Notes under the pieces: generated by a model
What the model was told of the DNA's origin: nothing
Databases searched by the model: none
The model's input: the letters and a program-made list of their open reading frames with translations, nothing else
From: Malacoraja senta
Lineage: Eukaryota
Reading direction: 5' to 3'
DNA length: 64,000 nt
Assembly (NCBI GenBank): GCA_038087875.1
Contig: CM075986.1
Coordinates: 17,670,001 to 17,734,000, forward strand
Position numbers and translations under genes: made by a program
In this document: positions 11,203 through 25,360 of the stretch, piece after piece
How positions within the stretch are numbered: position 1 is the stretch's first letter
Layout: each line of letters begins with the position of its first letter

Positions 11203-13701
11203 TTCCTTCTCTCCAGAGATGCTGCTTGTCTCGCTGAGTTACTCCAGTGTCTGTCTCCCTTCTCCTGAACTTGGGGTTGTCTATGCTCCAAGACAATCCA
11301 TGGCAATCCGAGGATTGAAGACTAACATTCATAGCCTTCTGCAAGCAATTCAGGAGAAAAGTCTTAAAACGTTTTCATCTTTTTTTATTGCTTCAATTAA
11401 TTAATTTAAAAATAATGATGGTGAGGAAAAGGGTGTTTGGACTCCAACTCAGAAATAATCCAATTGGTAAATAGAGTTTGTTCCCCCACCAATAAAAAAA
11501 AACTGCCCCTGATTGTCTGGGCTAAAAGCCCAGTACAGAAACAATTGTGAACCAAACTCTACTTCCGGAATTTGGTTCAGTTGAAGTAAATGGATTGAAT
11601 GCAGATTCTCAAGACCTAACTGAGTCCACTGACATAGTTGCAACTGAAAGTTGGAAATCAGATCAAATAAGGACTGTGGTTACTTCTCCTAAAGAGTAGT
11701 CCTTTCCCCACAGCCGTGGTCACTGCTATTGATACTGGTTTTTCTTCTCCAGTTTATCTAATTAAATGATTTCACCTTCTTCGTCTGCCAAGGTGGTCTT
11801 TGGAGACATCTCCAGATCATCAAGCCAGAACTCCAGACAATTTGTTCGGTAACTTAAACGTTTATTTCTATAAGATTATAAATAGAAAGAAGACTGAAGG
11901 ATGAAAGTATTTTGCAGATTGGAGCCTTTGAAGGAAATATGATGAACTCCACATGGAATTTTTAAAACCTGAGGATATGTCCCACTTGGAAATGAAGCAT
12001 GGAGAACAAGAGAAATTTGGATAAACAATTACTTTGGTAGAGGATAAAAAATGTTGTGACTGAGAAAAAGCGGCGACAACTGTTGCAAGGATCATTGATT
12101 GTTTGACGTGCTGTATATCTAACAACAAGGAACTGCACATGCTGGAATCTTGAGCAAGGCACAAAATGCTGGAGGAACTCAGCAGGTCAAGCAGCATCTG
12201 TTGAAGGAATGTGCAGACAGCGTTTTGGATTGGGACCCTTCTTTAAACGGACTCGTTGAGATCCTCCAGCACTTTGTGTTTTGCTTTTTATTTTTGTACA
12301 CCCGATATATATGTTGCAAAAGAGATAAATAACATCCGAGGTGAAATACTGAAAATAGGCCTATGATCTCAAAGTGGGTGGAAGGGAGACTGCTGTTTGT
12401 TAGTCCCAACCTGGAAATAGTATTCAGTTACTGCTGGTAGGACATCTTGTTTCAGATTAATTAAGCAGCAGTAACACAATAGCATGAGGCCGCATGATCA
12501 CACCAACATTTTGTCTGGAGTAAGAATAGACCAACTTCCATCCCATGGTACCCTACAGAGCACATTAGAAGTAATAACTTCACTGCATTGGATCCATGTT
12601 TAATAGTTTAAAAATAAAATTGAAGCTGAGCTCCACAGCTGTGAAATCCTTTGACCAAACGCAGTGACGTTGACTTTAACAGTACGGTTGGGATATCTGG
12701 TTTTGGTTTTAATATTCTTGTAAACACATCCTAAATAAATCCCTGAAAAATGTCCCTTTAAGACCGGATCTCGGCTGCGTTTTATTGGCAATGCCTTAAA
12801 ACAAACAGTCTCACTCACAGCATGGAAAAAATTACTGTTCTTGCATCCCCTGGGCCCCTTTGATAGTCTGATGGAAATAGAACTTACAAAGGACGTATAG
12901 TTTGTTTAAGCAGAGGTTCAGTACTGGAAACAGTGAAGAGACTTGGCACTGGACAGCAGTGCTGGAACGGTTTGTATTTGAGGCAGCTGCTGGCAGCGGG
13001 ATTCACAAGGAAAAAATGATACACCTAACTTATAACAAAATATTCAATTTATGGCTTACTCTGTTTAATACAGTTTCTTCAGCTTACGTCTGCTCTGAAT
13101 GCAACGTGTCATCATCTGGCTGACAAACCATTATCTGTTTAACGTCCTTCACATCTCATGAAGTCAGTCTCCCGCTTGGATATGACAACCTGGCCCATCC
13201 ATTAGCTGCTGTTGTGGGTGAATTGGGGAAAGAGTGCCGATAGCTGTGAACACGAGAGAAAAAAGATTTGCTTTCCTATAGCATCTTTCTTGTCCCTTTT
13301 AGGAAATTCCCGACGCGCCTCCCAGCCCGTTACTGACTGCTGAAGTGTGGTTGAGCTGTGGGAAACTGACTGGTGCACAGTGAGCCCCCATGGCCGTTTC
13401 ATGATAGGATAAACTGCTTCAGTGAGTGGATGATAAATGCCAGCCACTACCCGGGAGACAACTGCCTGCTCCCCAGTGAGGTACTGGCAGACGTTGCTGC
13501 AGTTTGTGTTTCTGGGTACCTTGACCTGGATTGTCTGTTCCACGACAGACTCTGCTTTGAGCTCAGCAAACAGCCCACCGTCATCATCATCGTTGAAAAC
13601 ATCAACAGGCACAATGCTATGTACGACAGTGATCGCAACTTCGCAAACAGTCCATCCTAAGTACCACCTTTTAGGTAAAGCTGTGTTATCAATAAACGAT
13701 T

Positions 13702-13925
13702 GTTCAAGAAGGAACTGCAGATGCTGGAAAATCGAAGGCAGACAAAAGTGCTGGAGAAACTCAGCAGGTGCGGCAGCATCTATGGAGCGAAGGAAATAGG
13801 CAACGTTTCGGGCCGAAACCCTTCTTCAGACTCTGAAGAAGTGTTTCGACCCGAAACGTTGCCTATTTCCTTCGCTCCATAGATGCTGCCGCACCCGCTG
13901 AGTTTCTCCAGCACTTTTGTCTACC
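13702..13925 (-). mobile_element. Penelope-like fold-back element with hammerhead core
   Basis: Same family as 588-815 in opposite orientation; TSD TTATCAATAAACGATT at 13686-13701 and 13926-13941. Confidence 0.85.
13799..13832 (-). ncRNA. Minimal hammerhead core, UUCG-loop subfamily, sense to CAVIN1 intron
   Basis: Reverse complement AGT-CTGAAGA-A-GGGT(TTCG)GCCC-GAAA-CG-TT|GCC; helix I only ~2 bp. Confidence 0.55.
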
Positions 13926-15409
13926 TTATCAATAAACGATTTGGATTTTAAGTGTCTGATTAGATCGTATATTCTAATGATTTCTTTTGATATACTCTTA
14001 GCCCCACTGCATTGTTTGGTTCATGTTCATAGGTTTTCGGAGCAGAATTAGGCCATTTGGCCCATCAAGTCTACTCCGCCATTCAATCACGGCTAATCTA
14101 TCTTCCCCTCTCAAACCCTTTCTCCTGCCTTCTCCCCAAAACCCATGACACCCTGATTCTTAGGAAGGTGAATGTTACCTTCCCCAAAATCAGAGGCAGG
14201 GGTATTGCTAGGTATTGATTATAATGCATGCATTAAAATCAATAATACATACAAACCTGCATTTCCTTGCTATTTTAATTATGTTATTGCTCAAGCAAAG
14301 TTCAAGCATTCTGCTGGTTGGCCAATCAAGAGGTGACCAATGTTACTCATGCTTTCTTTAGCTAAAGCTACATAGTATGTCTTAAAGGTATGGTTTGTCC
14401 GGAGAAGGTACCAGAAATTAATTTGACCTGGTAAACAGAGAAATGTGAATCAATATGGGGAAGAGTGAGCTCCATAGTTTATAGATGATGTGTTAGAAGT
14501 CGAGGAGAAGGTAAAAAGTGAATGAGATAGAGTCATAGAGAGAGTCATGGAATCATACAACATGGAAACAGGTCCAACTTGCCCACATCGACCAACATGC
14601 CCATCTACACTTGTCTCACCGATGAGATCAGATGCTCTGCATTGGCAGATAACAAGGGCATCTTGTCAGACGGTGGTGGGAAGAAGAGACAATCCTGGAG
14701 AACAATGGCATGAGGGACATTCCAAGGATCAGGAATCAGTCTTGCAAACAGTTTGATGACCTGACACACAATGGTGGCTGCATCCTCGAATAGTATTTCT
14801 TCCAACTGTCACCAGCCTCAGCCTACAATTCATCTCCTCGATAACTCAGGATTTGTACCTACTATACATGTGCCAACTATTGTGCCCAAAGGTGAATTAT
14901 TTGGCAAACTTGAAGTCACCAAAGCGGTCCATCATAAGAACCCATCAGCGGTCTATCATAAGAACCTTTGAATGCTTCTGTAACGTGACACTACTGTAAA
15001 AAGTAGCAAACACTTGTAAAATCTGTCGTGGAAGCCAGACAAACGATTCATCCTAATAGGTGTAAAACGTGATCATTCCCCCAACTTTAATTGAACACAT
15101 TTCTCAGGAAGTACTAGAGAGCTCTCAACGCATTTTCTCTCCTTTGCTTTCTCTGTAAAGTCTATACCCCTCAGCTGTCTTTGCCAATCTGTGGCTAGAC
15201 ATGGCTTTTAGACTATTATGTTGTGTGAAAATTAGTGTAGACTCATTAAGTCAGCTTATACATTACTTCCCATGGACTCGGGGATAATCTTGACTTTGAT
15301 TTCCACTTAAATTAATATTGTTAAAATTGGGAGGAGGGGGATATATAAGGGGCCAGAGAATCGATACCAGACTCATTATAAAGGTGAAAGTTTTCCTCAG
15401 TTACAGCTC

Positions 15410-15945
15410 AACTAGGGGACATAGTTGTAGAATAAGGGGGGGCTCTTTTAAAACTGAGATGAGGAAGAACTTCTTCACCCAGAGGGTGGTTAATTTATGG
15501 AATTCACTGCCCCAGGGAGCAGTGGAAGCAGAAACATTAAATATATTTAAGTCTAAAATAGATGGTTTTTTAGCTGCCAAGGGGATAAGGGGCTACGGGG
15601 AGAAGGCAGGGATATGGACCTAGGTATGGTTAGTATAGTAAGACCTGAGTGATCTCCTGGACAAGTGTCGATCGCCTGGATTGGGGTCGGAGAGGAATTT
15701 CCCGGATTTTTTTCCCCGAATTGGACCTGGGTTTTTATCCGGTTTTTTGCCTCCCCCAGGAGATCACGCGGTTCTTGGGGTGGAGAGGGGTGATAGCGGT
15801 ATAAAGGGGAGGGTAGTGTCTTGTGTTCTGTGTCTTGTGTCTACTGTTTGTGGGTAAGGGTGTCTGTTTAGTGTTCAGCCATGAGCGAATGGCGGTGCGG
15901 GCTCGATGGGCCTGGTGGTCTACTCTCGCACCTACTTTCTATGTT
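15410..15945 (+). mobile_element. CR1 LINE 3' fragment with unusually long 3'UTR
   Basis: TRGHSCRIRGGSFKTEMRKNFFTQRVVNLWNSLP, stop at 15623, ~320-nt UTR ending in standard GCACCTACTTTCTATG. Confidence 0.9.
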
Positions 15946-16159
15946 AACCTAAAGTCTTCTAGATATTGCAAGATTGAGCAGAATCTAGGATATGTGCTTT
16001 GTAAATTACAATGTTCCCCATTTTCCTACCATTGGTGGAAATATATTGAAATTGATTGTATTTGTCAGTCCATTTGGGTCAAAGTGTATTTCTCAAACTG
16101 AAGCCAGTACGTTTGCCACACCATGGGACTTTATCCATGGCTGGCCAAAAAAATAGAAG

Positions 16160-16380
16160 TGAAAAAAACAAACCGCTGCTGAAACTCTGCAGTTAGGCAG
16201 CATCTCTGAAGGGAATACACAGTTGACGGTTCGGGTGTGGACCCTTCATCAGTCTGAAGGATCCCGACTTGAGATGGTGCCCGTCTATCCATTCCTTCAC
16301 ACATGCTGCCTGACCTGCTGAGTTCCTGCAGCACTTTGCTTTTGGCTCCAGATTGCAGCATCTGCAGTTCCTTGCGTCTC
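16160..16380. mobile_element. Older diverged Penelope-like fold-back copy (similar decayed copies at ~2283-2420, 2550-2730, 12128-12290, 17388-17590, 22193-22239, 26759-26877, 28920-29155, 37880-37970, 48590-48835, 50365-50475, 52245-52430, 57080-57210, 57565-57725, 63660-63748)
   Basis: Recurrent motifs GCTGGAGxAACTCAGC / GATGCTGCCTGACCxGCTGAGTT / CAGCATCTGCAG. Confidence 0.7.
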
Positions 16381-16559
16381 CATCGAAGTGAAAATTCTGT
16401 GCTGCCATTTGTGTTGATTACCTGGTCTGTGAAGGTGGAAATGAGCAATTGTGTTTCCCCAACATGGAATCTGTGGTTGGGGAGTGGACACAAGCTGCAG
16501 AAAGAGGCCACTTGACCAGCCAGTCCTTAATGGGGTTTATATTCAACTTCAATACAAAC

Positions 16560-16847
16560 CACAGTGCCGCAGCGGTAGAGTTGCTGCCTTAGAGCGCTGG
16601 AGGCGCTCCTGACTAAGTCAATCCTGACTAAGGGCGGTGTCTGTATGGAGTTTGTACCTTCTCCCCGTGACCACGTGGGTTTTCTCCAGGTGCTCTAGAT
16701 TTTCTTCCACACTCCAAAAACATGCAGGTTTGTAGGTTAATTGGCTTCAGTAAATTGTAGTGCTAGCGTATGGGGTGATCACTGATCGGCTCGGACTCGG
16801 TGGGCTGACGTGCCTGTTTCCACGCTGTATCTCTAAAGTCTAAAGTC
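16560..16847 (+). mobile_element. V-SINE (HE1-like)
   Basis: GCAGCGGTAGAGTTGCTGCC head, V-domain, CTGTATCTCTAAAGTCTAAAG tail. Confidence 0.8.
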
Positions 16848-17919
16848 TTGATCCTCCTCCTGTCTTCCAATGTAACCTTGCTGCCATCAATCACCCATCA
16901 GCCTATCCCCTTAAATCTATCCGCAGTATTACAGTCTTGGTAAGGCCTTATTCTGCATCTTTATTTCCTGTTAAGTGTGTCTAAAATCTATGAAATAAAT
17001 TTCAGTGACAGCAACGTCATCTCAACTGTTTTTTTTTGTTTTGCCCAGAAATCCATCCTCATCTGCATGAACTGAGTCTACAGGCTTGTGGCAGCTGCAT
17101 GATGAGCTGTTTCCAAACTCCTGTCGCATTGAGGTCTGCGTAGCAAATGGCATTCAGTGTACAGATGCTGCTTCATCGTGGATTTAGCGCAAGCCAAGGA
17201 GGATTTTCCATGTGACGTAATTGTGGTAACAGTTTGCAGCGTGAAGAGAGATTTTTTTTTTAAACCCTCATTCCATTTCCCAACTGGAATAATGGCACCC
17301 TCATCTATACACACTTAGATTAAAACTTGCCCGAATATTGCCAATTAGCTATTTTCTTAAACTAAGCCTGGAAGAAATTGAGTTTGAGCAACACAAAGTG
17401 CTGGAGTAACTCAGTGAGCCAGGCAGCATCTCTGGAAGACATGGATAGGCGACGCTTTGAGTTGGGACATTTCTTCAGCTGCCTATGGTCACCTGTCCAT
17501 GTCCTTTCAATACTGCCGAGCCGCTGAGTTATTCCAGCACTTTATGTTCTGTACAAGATTGCAGCATCTGCAGTTCCTTGTGTCTACGTCTGAGGTTCCA
17601 ATATGTGGAATGTAAGCCGTAACAAGATTCGCAAAGTTAATGTTAGCTTCTTATGGTGTGAACTATTATCACTGTGACTGCACAGAAGTGTTTCAAGGGA
17701 AATAAAAGCATGGAAATAATGCCCTACCTATGCCTCTGTATTGGGGACAATGAGATTCGTAAAGCATCAGGCACTCTCTTCTTTCAATAGGCCTAACCAA
17801 TTCCTTTTGGAAAGGCCTAAATGATTTTATCTCCATCACTTTGATAGGCACTGAGTTCCAGATCACAACCCCCTTGCACTTTTTGTTCCAAACTTTAAAA
17901 CTATCTCTTCCCAATCCTT

Positions 17920-18190
17920 CCTCAGGTACTTTCCCTGCAACCACAGGAGATGCAACACCCATTCCTACCGCTCTCCTTCACATCCATCCAGGGACCCCAA
18001 CAGCTCCTCCAGATGAGCAGAGATTCATATCCATCTCCTTCAACTACCTTTTAATTGCCGGGCCTTGTAGTGCCCCCATCTCTCCCCCGACCCCCCCCCC
18101 CTTCCCCAATACAATTTCTCCGACCCAAATCATTGCCTATCCGTGTCTTCCAGGTCTGACCTGCTCAGTTACTCCAACAGTTTGTGTCAT
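17920..18190 (+). mobile_element. Decayed Penelope-like ORF 3' fragment (Zn-finger linker before GIY-YIG) plus terminal-repeat remnant
   Basis: Frameshifted GTF(P)CNHRRCNT...IQGPQQ...RF; followed by GACCTGCTCAGTTACTCCAACAGTTTGTGTC from the terminal module. Confidence 0.6.
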
Positions 18191-21100
18191 TACACTGTGG
18201 ATGGCTTCATTGTAATCATATCTTTTCTTTTCGCTGACGAGATTGCATGCAACAAAAAATCTTTTCACTCTACCTCGGTACAGGTAATAACAAACTACAC
18301 TCTAACTCTTAAACTCTAAACCTATCTGCCTGGTTCTTGAAGCACCTCTTAATGGCAACAACATCTCTATTTATCCTGTCACAAATGCTCACCCCTCTAT
18401 CAAATATCCAATAAGTGCCTGGAATAAATCTTATCCAAAGCATATTTTATCACAATCAAATATTGAAACATAATTTATGTGTGATTATGTTATCTTTGTG
18501 CTCAGTTGCCTCAGGACGTTTTTGCCACCTTGTGTAAGTCTGAAGGTGGCATAGGCTTGAAGCAGACAAGATTGATCATGTTTAAAGCTCTGATGCTTGA
18601 CGTGCTGAAGGCTGCAACAATGTGGATCGTTAATATACAAAGAGGCTGGACCTTTTTGTCCAGTTCAAAGTTCAGTTCCTCCAGGGTTTCTCCAGGGTAT
18701 CTGGCCTCTTGAGAATTTGAAAATAACTATTTACAAAGAGTTACAGGATCACGAAGGCCACTTCTTTAAAGAAATGGAACAGTCACAAGATCGTCAGGAG
18801 GCAATGAATAATCGAGGTCAATCTCAACCAAATAAAATCCTCAACATAATAATAAAGCAATTTACGATCCATCTTTGGTCATCCATCTGCATGGGATCCA
18901 CATTTCCCCCCGATTATTGGCTTAAAATGAACGTCATTTCATTTAGCACAATATAAGGCTTTCATTTCCAGTGCAGAAAAACATCTTGTGAATAGATGAA
19001 ATTATTTCACCAATTTGGTCTGCTTCTGTACGGTCACATGTGAGGGCACTGGGCAGATTCATTGCAAATTTGCTTAACATTATTTGTTATCAGAGCTGGG
19101 TTATCCTGTACAACAATTATTAATTCTCCAAAGCAGGTTAATGTCTGCCTCCTGCAGAGATGCCAGTATGTTTTTCCTTCACTGGCTGCTCCTACTTATG
19201 GAAGTTAATGCACAGGCGGGGAATTGTATAATTTGCCTGATAGCTTACTGGAATGATTCAAGGCTATTTTTGTGCCATCATATCGTGAGTGCAGGCGTGG
19301 GGGATGCGTACAGTAAGTGGCAGAGAATAGAAGGAACAGCTAGAGTTTACTGCCATGCATGGGGTATCTGTAAAACTCCAGGAAAGATCTCAAATGATTT
19401 ATTCCGGGAAGAAGGGCTTTGCATGTCACAGTTTGTACTTCAATTACTTTAAAATAAAATTAAAGGTTACCACGCATCTGCCAGGATGCGATCATTAATT
19501 TTCATCTTGACAGAAGTGTGATGCTCACAGATAATACGGTGTAATGTAAAGGGAGTCGTAAAGGCAATGGCTAATATGAACAGTAGGACTTTAGGGTACT
19601 GAGACTAGAAGGCAGAGAGAGGAGGGTGTGAGAGAGGTCACAAGCCACAGTCATAGTAAGTGTAATGTGTAATAAAAATAAAACTGCTGGGTGGGGGGGG
19701 GGGGACTCGGTAGTTCGAGCAGCAGCTACGTGGGGAAAGGTATTGTCGATGTTTTTCGTCGAGACCCTGCATCAGGCTTATTGCCACATGTAATGCTGCT
19801 GTGGATTTGAACTGTTTCAACCAGTGATGTCCCAGATTTCATCCTATAGCCAAGAAACAAGGCCAGAATACATTCCCGTTTGGATGCTAAAATGGCCCTA
19901 AAATCTCCACAAGAGCAGATGTCTCAATTATGGAGCACATTTGTACACTGGCAAATACAAAACACATGAGTGGCTGTGCCCACGTCTGTAATTGGCCTTG
20001 AGCCCTTTATGTATGCAATGTCTGTGTTGCCTTGCATTTTTAATTAGCTTATCGACATTCACTGCCTAAACAAAACTAAAACCAATCTGTAACATGTCAA
20101 TGTATCTGACGAAAACAAAATGATTCGCAGCAAGAGAGCCCCTCATCCTGCAGATTAACCCACAGAACAGGGTTAAAGAGGCGGTGACTTAGAAGCTACT
20201 TTTTGGAAAGATCCCCAGGAAATCATTCAATCTCACAAACAGAAACACATCTGCAAAAACTTAATCTTAAAATGTATAATCATACAGTGCAGCCTCTCTG
20301 AGCAAGGAGGAAAGGATGTCCAATTTCAGGAGGTGCAGCTTGTTGTAGACCAGGGTTACAGAGTACATAGACAACACTGCAGTGATCCCAGAGAGACTGG
20401 GGTTGTGGTGAGGCTCCAAATTCTAGTTTCATGTCCTGTTGATAATTAATTGATTGACCCTCCAGTTTTCTGAAGGCATTGACTCACACAGGGGGGATGC
20501 CATTCCTCAGATGCAAGGACAGACAGACTGTTCTCCAGAGGGGCATCACAACTGAACCTATTCGTGCGGAATATTTTCCAGGGGAGGTCACGAGACAGGT
20601 GTTGTTCTAGACTTTGCGTAGGGACGTGGAGGTCAGTCTCTGCTGCACTATTACCACCAAGGTTATGGACACCGCCAGCCAAGCTGAGTTGGCAGGGCTC
20701 AACGTCATAGAGACGGAAATGACTTTGGTCTTGAAATTATGCCACATGACACAAACAACCCCCTTCACCATTGCAAGGAGGCTCAACATCAAGTCCTGTC
20801 GCTCCTAGAACTCTTAATCTGATGATTCTCAGCTGGAAGTGGTGGGCGCTCAGGTGAGTCATCTGAAGCGTGCAAGGCTGAGCCAGGAGCCGACATCCCA
20901 CTTCACTGACGTGCAACTGGAAATAGTGACTGCAGAAGAGGTCTCCAAGGAAAGAACAGAAGCCCCTCAATCGCGCCCAACCAACCACATGCACGCACGT
21001 TCGCACACACCAGGAAATTAGGGCCTCTCACAGTTTGATCCATTGTTGCATCCATCAGTCTTCTCAATATCGGACTCCCCACTGAGGCTTGCTCCATCAC

Positions 21101-24100
21101 GGGTGCCTGAGTCAGGCTGCTTTCTTCTACTAAACCCTGTTCATCAGCTCTATATCATAATCACCATGTCAGATGTGCATAGACCCAGCGATTCCTGTCA
21201 CCAGTGTCTGTATAAGGTGACGTGCACAGGAGCGTCACGCATTGAAGCAAATGGTTCAACACAGCTTTAGATTCTAAGCACACATCACCATGATTTTATC
21301 CTTCAACAGCAAACCACGGATAAACTGTACCTGATGCAAATGCATTCCAGATTAGGCCTGCGTAAATGCAGGAGTACCTGCAAACATTGTAGCTGGGCTG
21401 CAGGCAAGGCAGAATTGTTGAACAGTAACATTTACCATCAGTGGTCATTTGCAAACAGCAGCAGTCATATTCAACTCTGGTTATAAAACTACGTAAATAA
21501 CCGAAACCCGTTTCATACTTTGCTGTAAACATCTATCATTCCAGTATATCTTGACGTTGGGGTTTTGCCTCAGCAGCTATCAGAGGTGAAATCCTGAGAC
21601 ATTGGCCTCGAGAGTGAATCAAATTATCTGGCCCAGTGTAACAGAGCACTGGTGGTACAAAGGGCAACATCCCTTCAATGCCACACCAACTGTCAACTAA
21701 TTGTGTGCTGTTTGGAGTGGAACATAGCTGGATCATTGTGATTGTGAAGTGAGTGCCAGCTACTGAGATGAGCCCTGACCTGGACGTGTAAAACTGCAAA
21801 GCTTTTCTCAGGCAAAGTTTAAGATCTCCTGAACAAACTTTACTTTGCTTTCCACGGCATCAACAGCCGTAAAGAACTGTCTCTGCCCAAGTTCAAAACA
21901 TTGTCCTGATTAGCAGAAGTGGAAAGGCACATTCCTTAAAAGAACAATGTCAGGAACAGGCAAGTGTTCTGCTGGATAATTCCATTTTCTTTTCCCAGAG
22001 AGCAATTAGTTGTTTCGTTTTTAATCAGTCTGTTTTTTCCACGGCTTGTAAAAGGAGCTGTGCCACAGTTTTGCGGTGGCCAGCAGAAAGCAGTCTGAAA
22101 ATGGAAAGCACCAGCACGCAAGGGCCTGGGAGTGACTGTCGGTGAGTCTCCTGTCGCTCATTGTTTTACACGGGACAATAGATATTGGGTGTAGACACAA
22201 AATGCTGGAGTAACTCGGCAGCATCTCTGGAGAGAAGGAATATTGGGTGTGATACAAAGCACTTCCTCTTCAGAACATGTGGTGCCAAGTGCCCTAATAT
22301 TTTGCACAGTTACATTTGCACGTTTATTTTGAAAGCTGCTCTCCCCCACTAATACTTGGGTCTTTCATCGCAGAAATAAACGAGATGCAAATTCCTGTTG
22401 ATATTAATTTTCACATGAGCAGCAAATACCATCTGTCAGACCCCAATGAATCACTTGAGCCTGGGCCAGGCTACAAATAGACTGCTCTTGGATGGGATCT
22501 GCAGCTGTGAGTGAGTCCATGCACAGCACTGGCCCTGGGATTTATTAGTCATGCACATTTCCACAGGGGGGGGGGGGGGGCACTTGGTGATTGATAGAGG
22601 CACCAATCGAGAACACAAGAGCTGAACTGTGGCTTTGCTTATTGAACAAGAGAAAACATTTGTTGGAAATGGACTCCATTAATGGAATCCTGCATCGTGT
22701 CCAAGAAAATACAAGAACAAGATTCTCTGATTTTCCCAGGCATTATCCCCCCAAAAAATGTCATGTGAAGTTTCAGTGTCTGTTGGAATGGTTACTGCAT
22801 GTCTGTGAAAGGGGAGAAGTTACTTTCTGTGCTATGACTGACATTAAAAAAAACACTTTTCGAGGTTGTTTGCGGCACTGATCGAGACTGGATATCTTTG
22901 AAAATGCTAGAAGATTTTGAGTAGAATGTATTGGTGGGGAAAAAAATCAAGATAATGAGAATTACACGTCAGTGATCGATGCAGGGAGGTGTGTTTGGGT
23001 TTGTGAACATCGGGAACATGGCTGGCTCCAGAATGATTAAAGTAGATGCTTTTTTTTTGGAAAGATTGATCGAGGTCAGGTAAGGATATTATACGTACAC
23101 CCTCATCAATTTCCCAATGTCTGGACATTACAGAGGAATGACTTCGCTGAGAATCCATTTAATGTTGGGTATGATTGTAACTACAGCAAAATATGATTTA
23201 ATTAATGAAAACATCCTGACTTTGTGCCAGGAAATCTGTCGGTGTAAACCTGACCCATGAGAAGCAGCTCACAACCATGTTCTCAGCCAACTACAGATTC
23301 CTTAATGAGCTTGCTGCAAGTTATGAAACTTGAAGCCAATGCTGATGATGCAGCTCCTATGCATGGCACAAAGGCTTTACTCCAGAGTGAGTGTGTTGTG
23401 ATCAAGATTAGCATGGAACTGAGAATGCTGAAACATGAGGCACAGAAGGATTCTCTTACTTGAGAAACAGCAAGAAATGGGGAATGTTGCTGGATGGGTT
23501 GCCCTGAGAATCTTGAGGAACATGGTGCTAGAAGAATGGCCACATGGTGGATCGATTTAACAGACAAACTATCCCCTTTCACATCTTTACTGCCTCTACA
23601 GTAATCTCTCCTTTAAAACTTTGTGAGATAGTGCTTCTGATTCTTTGATTGTGCCAGCCCAGTGATTGAAGGGTTAATGCCGTTCCAGTAATCCTGGGTT
23701 TACAAAGAGGTCCATCAGTTATAATCATAAGTGTTTACTGAGACAAATAGAACTGGGCAGATGCTGCACTATTTGTGGTTCCATTCTGCAGATGACACAC
23801 GCCACATCAGTCTCTCAGGTCGAAGTGATAACTGAGGACAGAGATAATCCATGCGTCAACTAACATTGTTTCAACAGGTTTTCTTTCTTTCCATTTATTT
23901 CTTCATGAGATGTAGGCATCGTTGACTATTGCCCATTCTTAACTCCCCAGGCCATTGCAGAGGGTAGTTAAGAGTTAGTCACTATGGCCACAGGAGGTTT
24001 CCCTTGGATGCTCTGGTTTCCTCCCACATTCCAAAGACATTGCAAGATCGCAGGTTAATTCATTAATTAAACAATTAACTAAAACTCCCACAGCATAGGT

Positions 24101-25190
24101 GGATGGTAGGAAGATCAGGATGGAATTGGTGGGTAAGGTGAGGTATTATTATAGGGAGGTAAGTGGGAGATGAGATTGGTGGGATTGCTCTGAACCAGGT
24201 GGCTTCATGCATTGTAAGGACATGAGGTTTGTATTCAAACATGGCTGTTAGTCACAAAGGCCTCAGTCAGGGAACATTAGGCTTTGCGCTAGGTTGTTAC
24301 TGAGTTTTAGATGTCAGACTGTAGCTGAAACCTGGTAAATGTTTAATAATTTGTCATGACCTATTATGTTTGGACAGGAATCTGTGTACACGCTAGTGTG
24401 TGAGTATAATACATCGGAATTTTAAATGTGGATGAAGGCTATGTTTGGATCATGCAGACTTTTATCTGTACAAGTCTGTACCAGTCTGCAGCCCCCCACA
24501 TGCATGGCAATTTGACAAATATCTTTATCTGTGCTATGAAAGAAGCTCCGTGAGGCCAAGAGAGTGCTTAGAGGAGTGTGTTGGAATAGGTTGGGTTCCT
24601 GAAATATTCAGCTCCATAAACTCAGACAAAAAGAGCCAAACCGACAACAGTGGAAATCGGAATTTGAAACAATAGATCCATCAACATCTGTAAAGAACGC
24701 AGGAAACAGCCTGCCCCAACAACCAATAAGATCAGAGTTATTGATCTCCTATCTCAGCTACTTGGTCCTGAATGCTCACACAATAACTGATCCCAAAATA
24801 ACTGTGGGGATCAAGAGCTGAATATGTGCGGAGGAGCCCATACATATTGCATCTTTTCAGTGGAAGCGGTATCTACAACTTTGGCTTCCTGTTTCCATCT
24901 TAAACTATTTCTTCAACAAATTCTGCAACCAGAGAAAATCTAACCGTTTTTCTCTCTGACATTCAAAGGTCTCAACATCACTGAGTCTCTTGTCAACAAC
25001 GCCCCAGGATTAGAATTCACTCGAACTATAACTGGACCAAAAACACAAAATAAGTGGCTGGAAGAGCAAGTGGAGGTGGAGAGCAAATCCCAATGATTAG
25101 GCAGCGGCTTGTGGCACTGATTCACAGGCAGTCTGAACTGGAGGGGCAGAAGTCACTGAGACCCCATACTGCAGAGAGTCAGAGAGTCAG

Positions 25191-25360
25191 CAGCCTCTCT
25201 GGAGAAAAGGAATAAATAGGTGACGTTTCAGGTGGAGACCCTTCTCAACCCGAAACGTCACCTATTCCTCTTTTCCAGAGATGCTGCCTGACCTGCTGAG
25301 TTACTCCAGTTTTTTGTGTCTATCTTCAGTTTAAACCAGCATCTGCTATTCCTTCCTACA
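25191..25360 (+). mobile_element. Penelope-like fold-back element with short left arm
   Basis: TSD CAGAGAGTCAG at 25180-25190 and 25361-25371; centre deleted. Confidence 0.8.

Noticed and set aside
13202-13799. Overlapping 95-136 aa ORFs
   Set aside because: No recognisable homology or consistent splice frame; one runs into a repeat.
20446-21270. Cluster of short ORFs with two AP-1 TGAGTCA motifs
   Set aside because: No protein similarity recognised; motifs alone are insufficient to call an enhancer.
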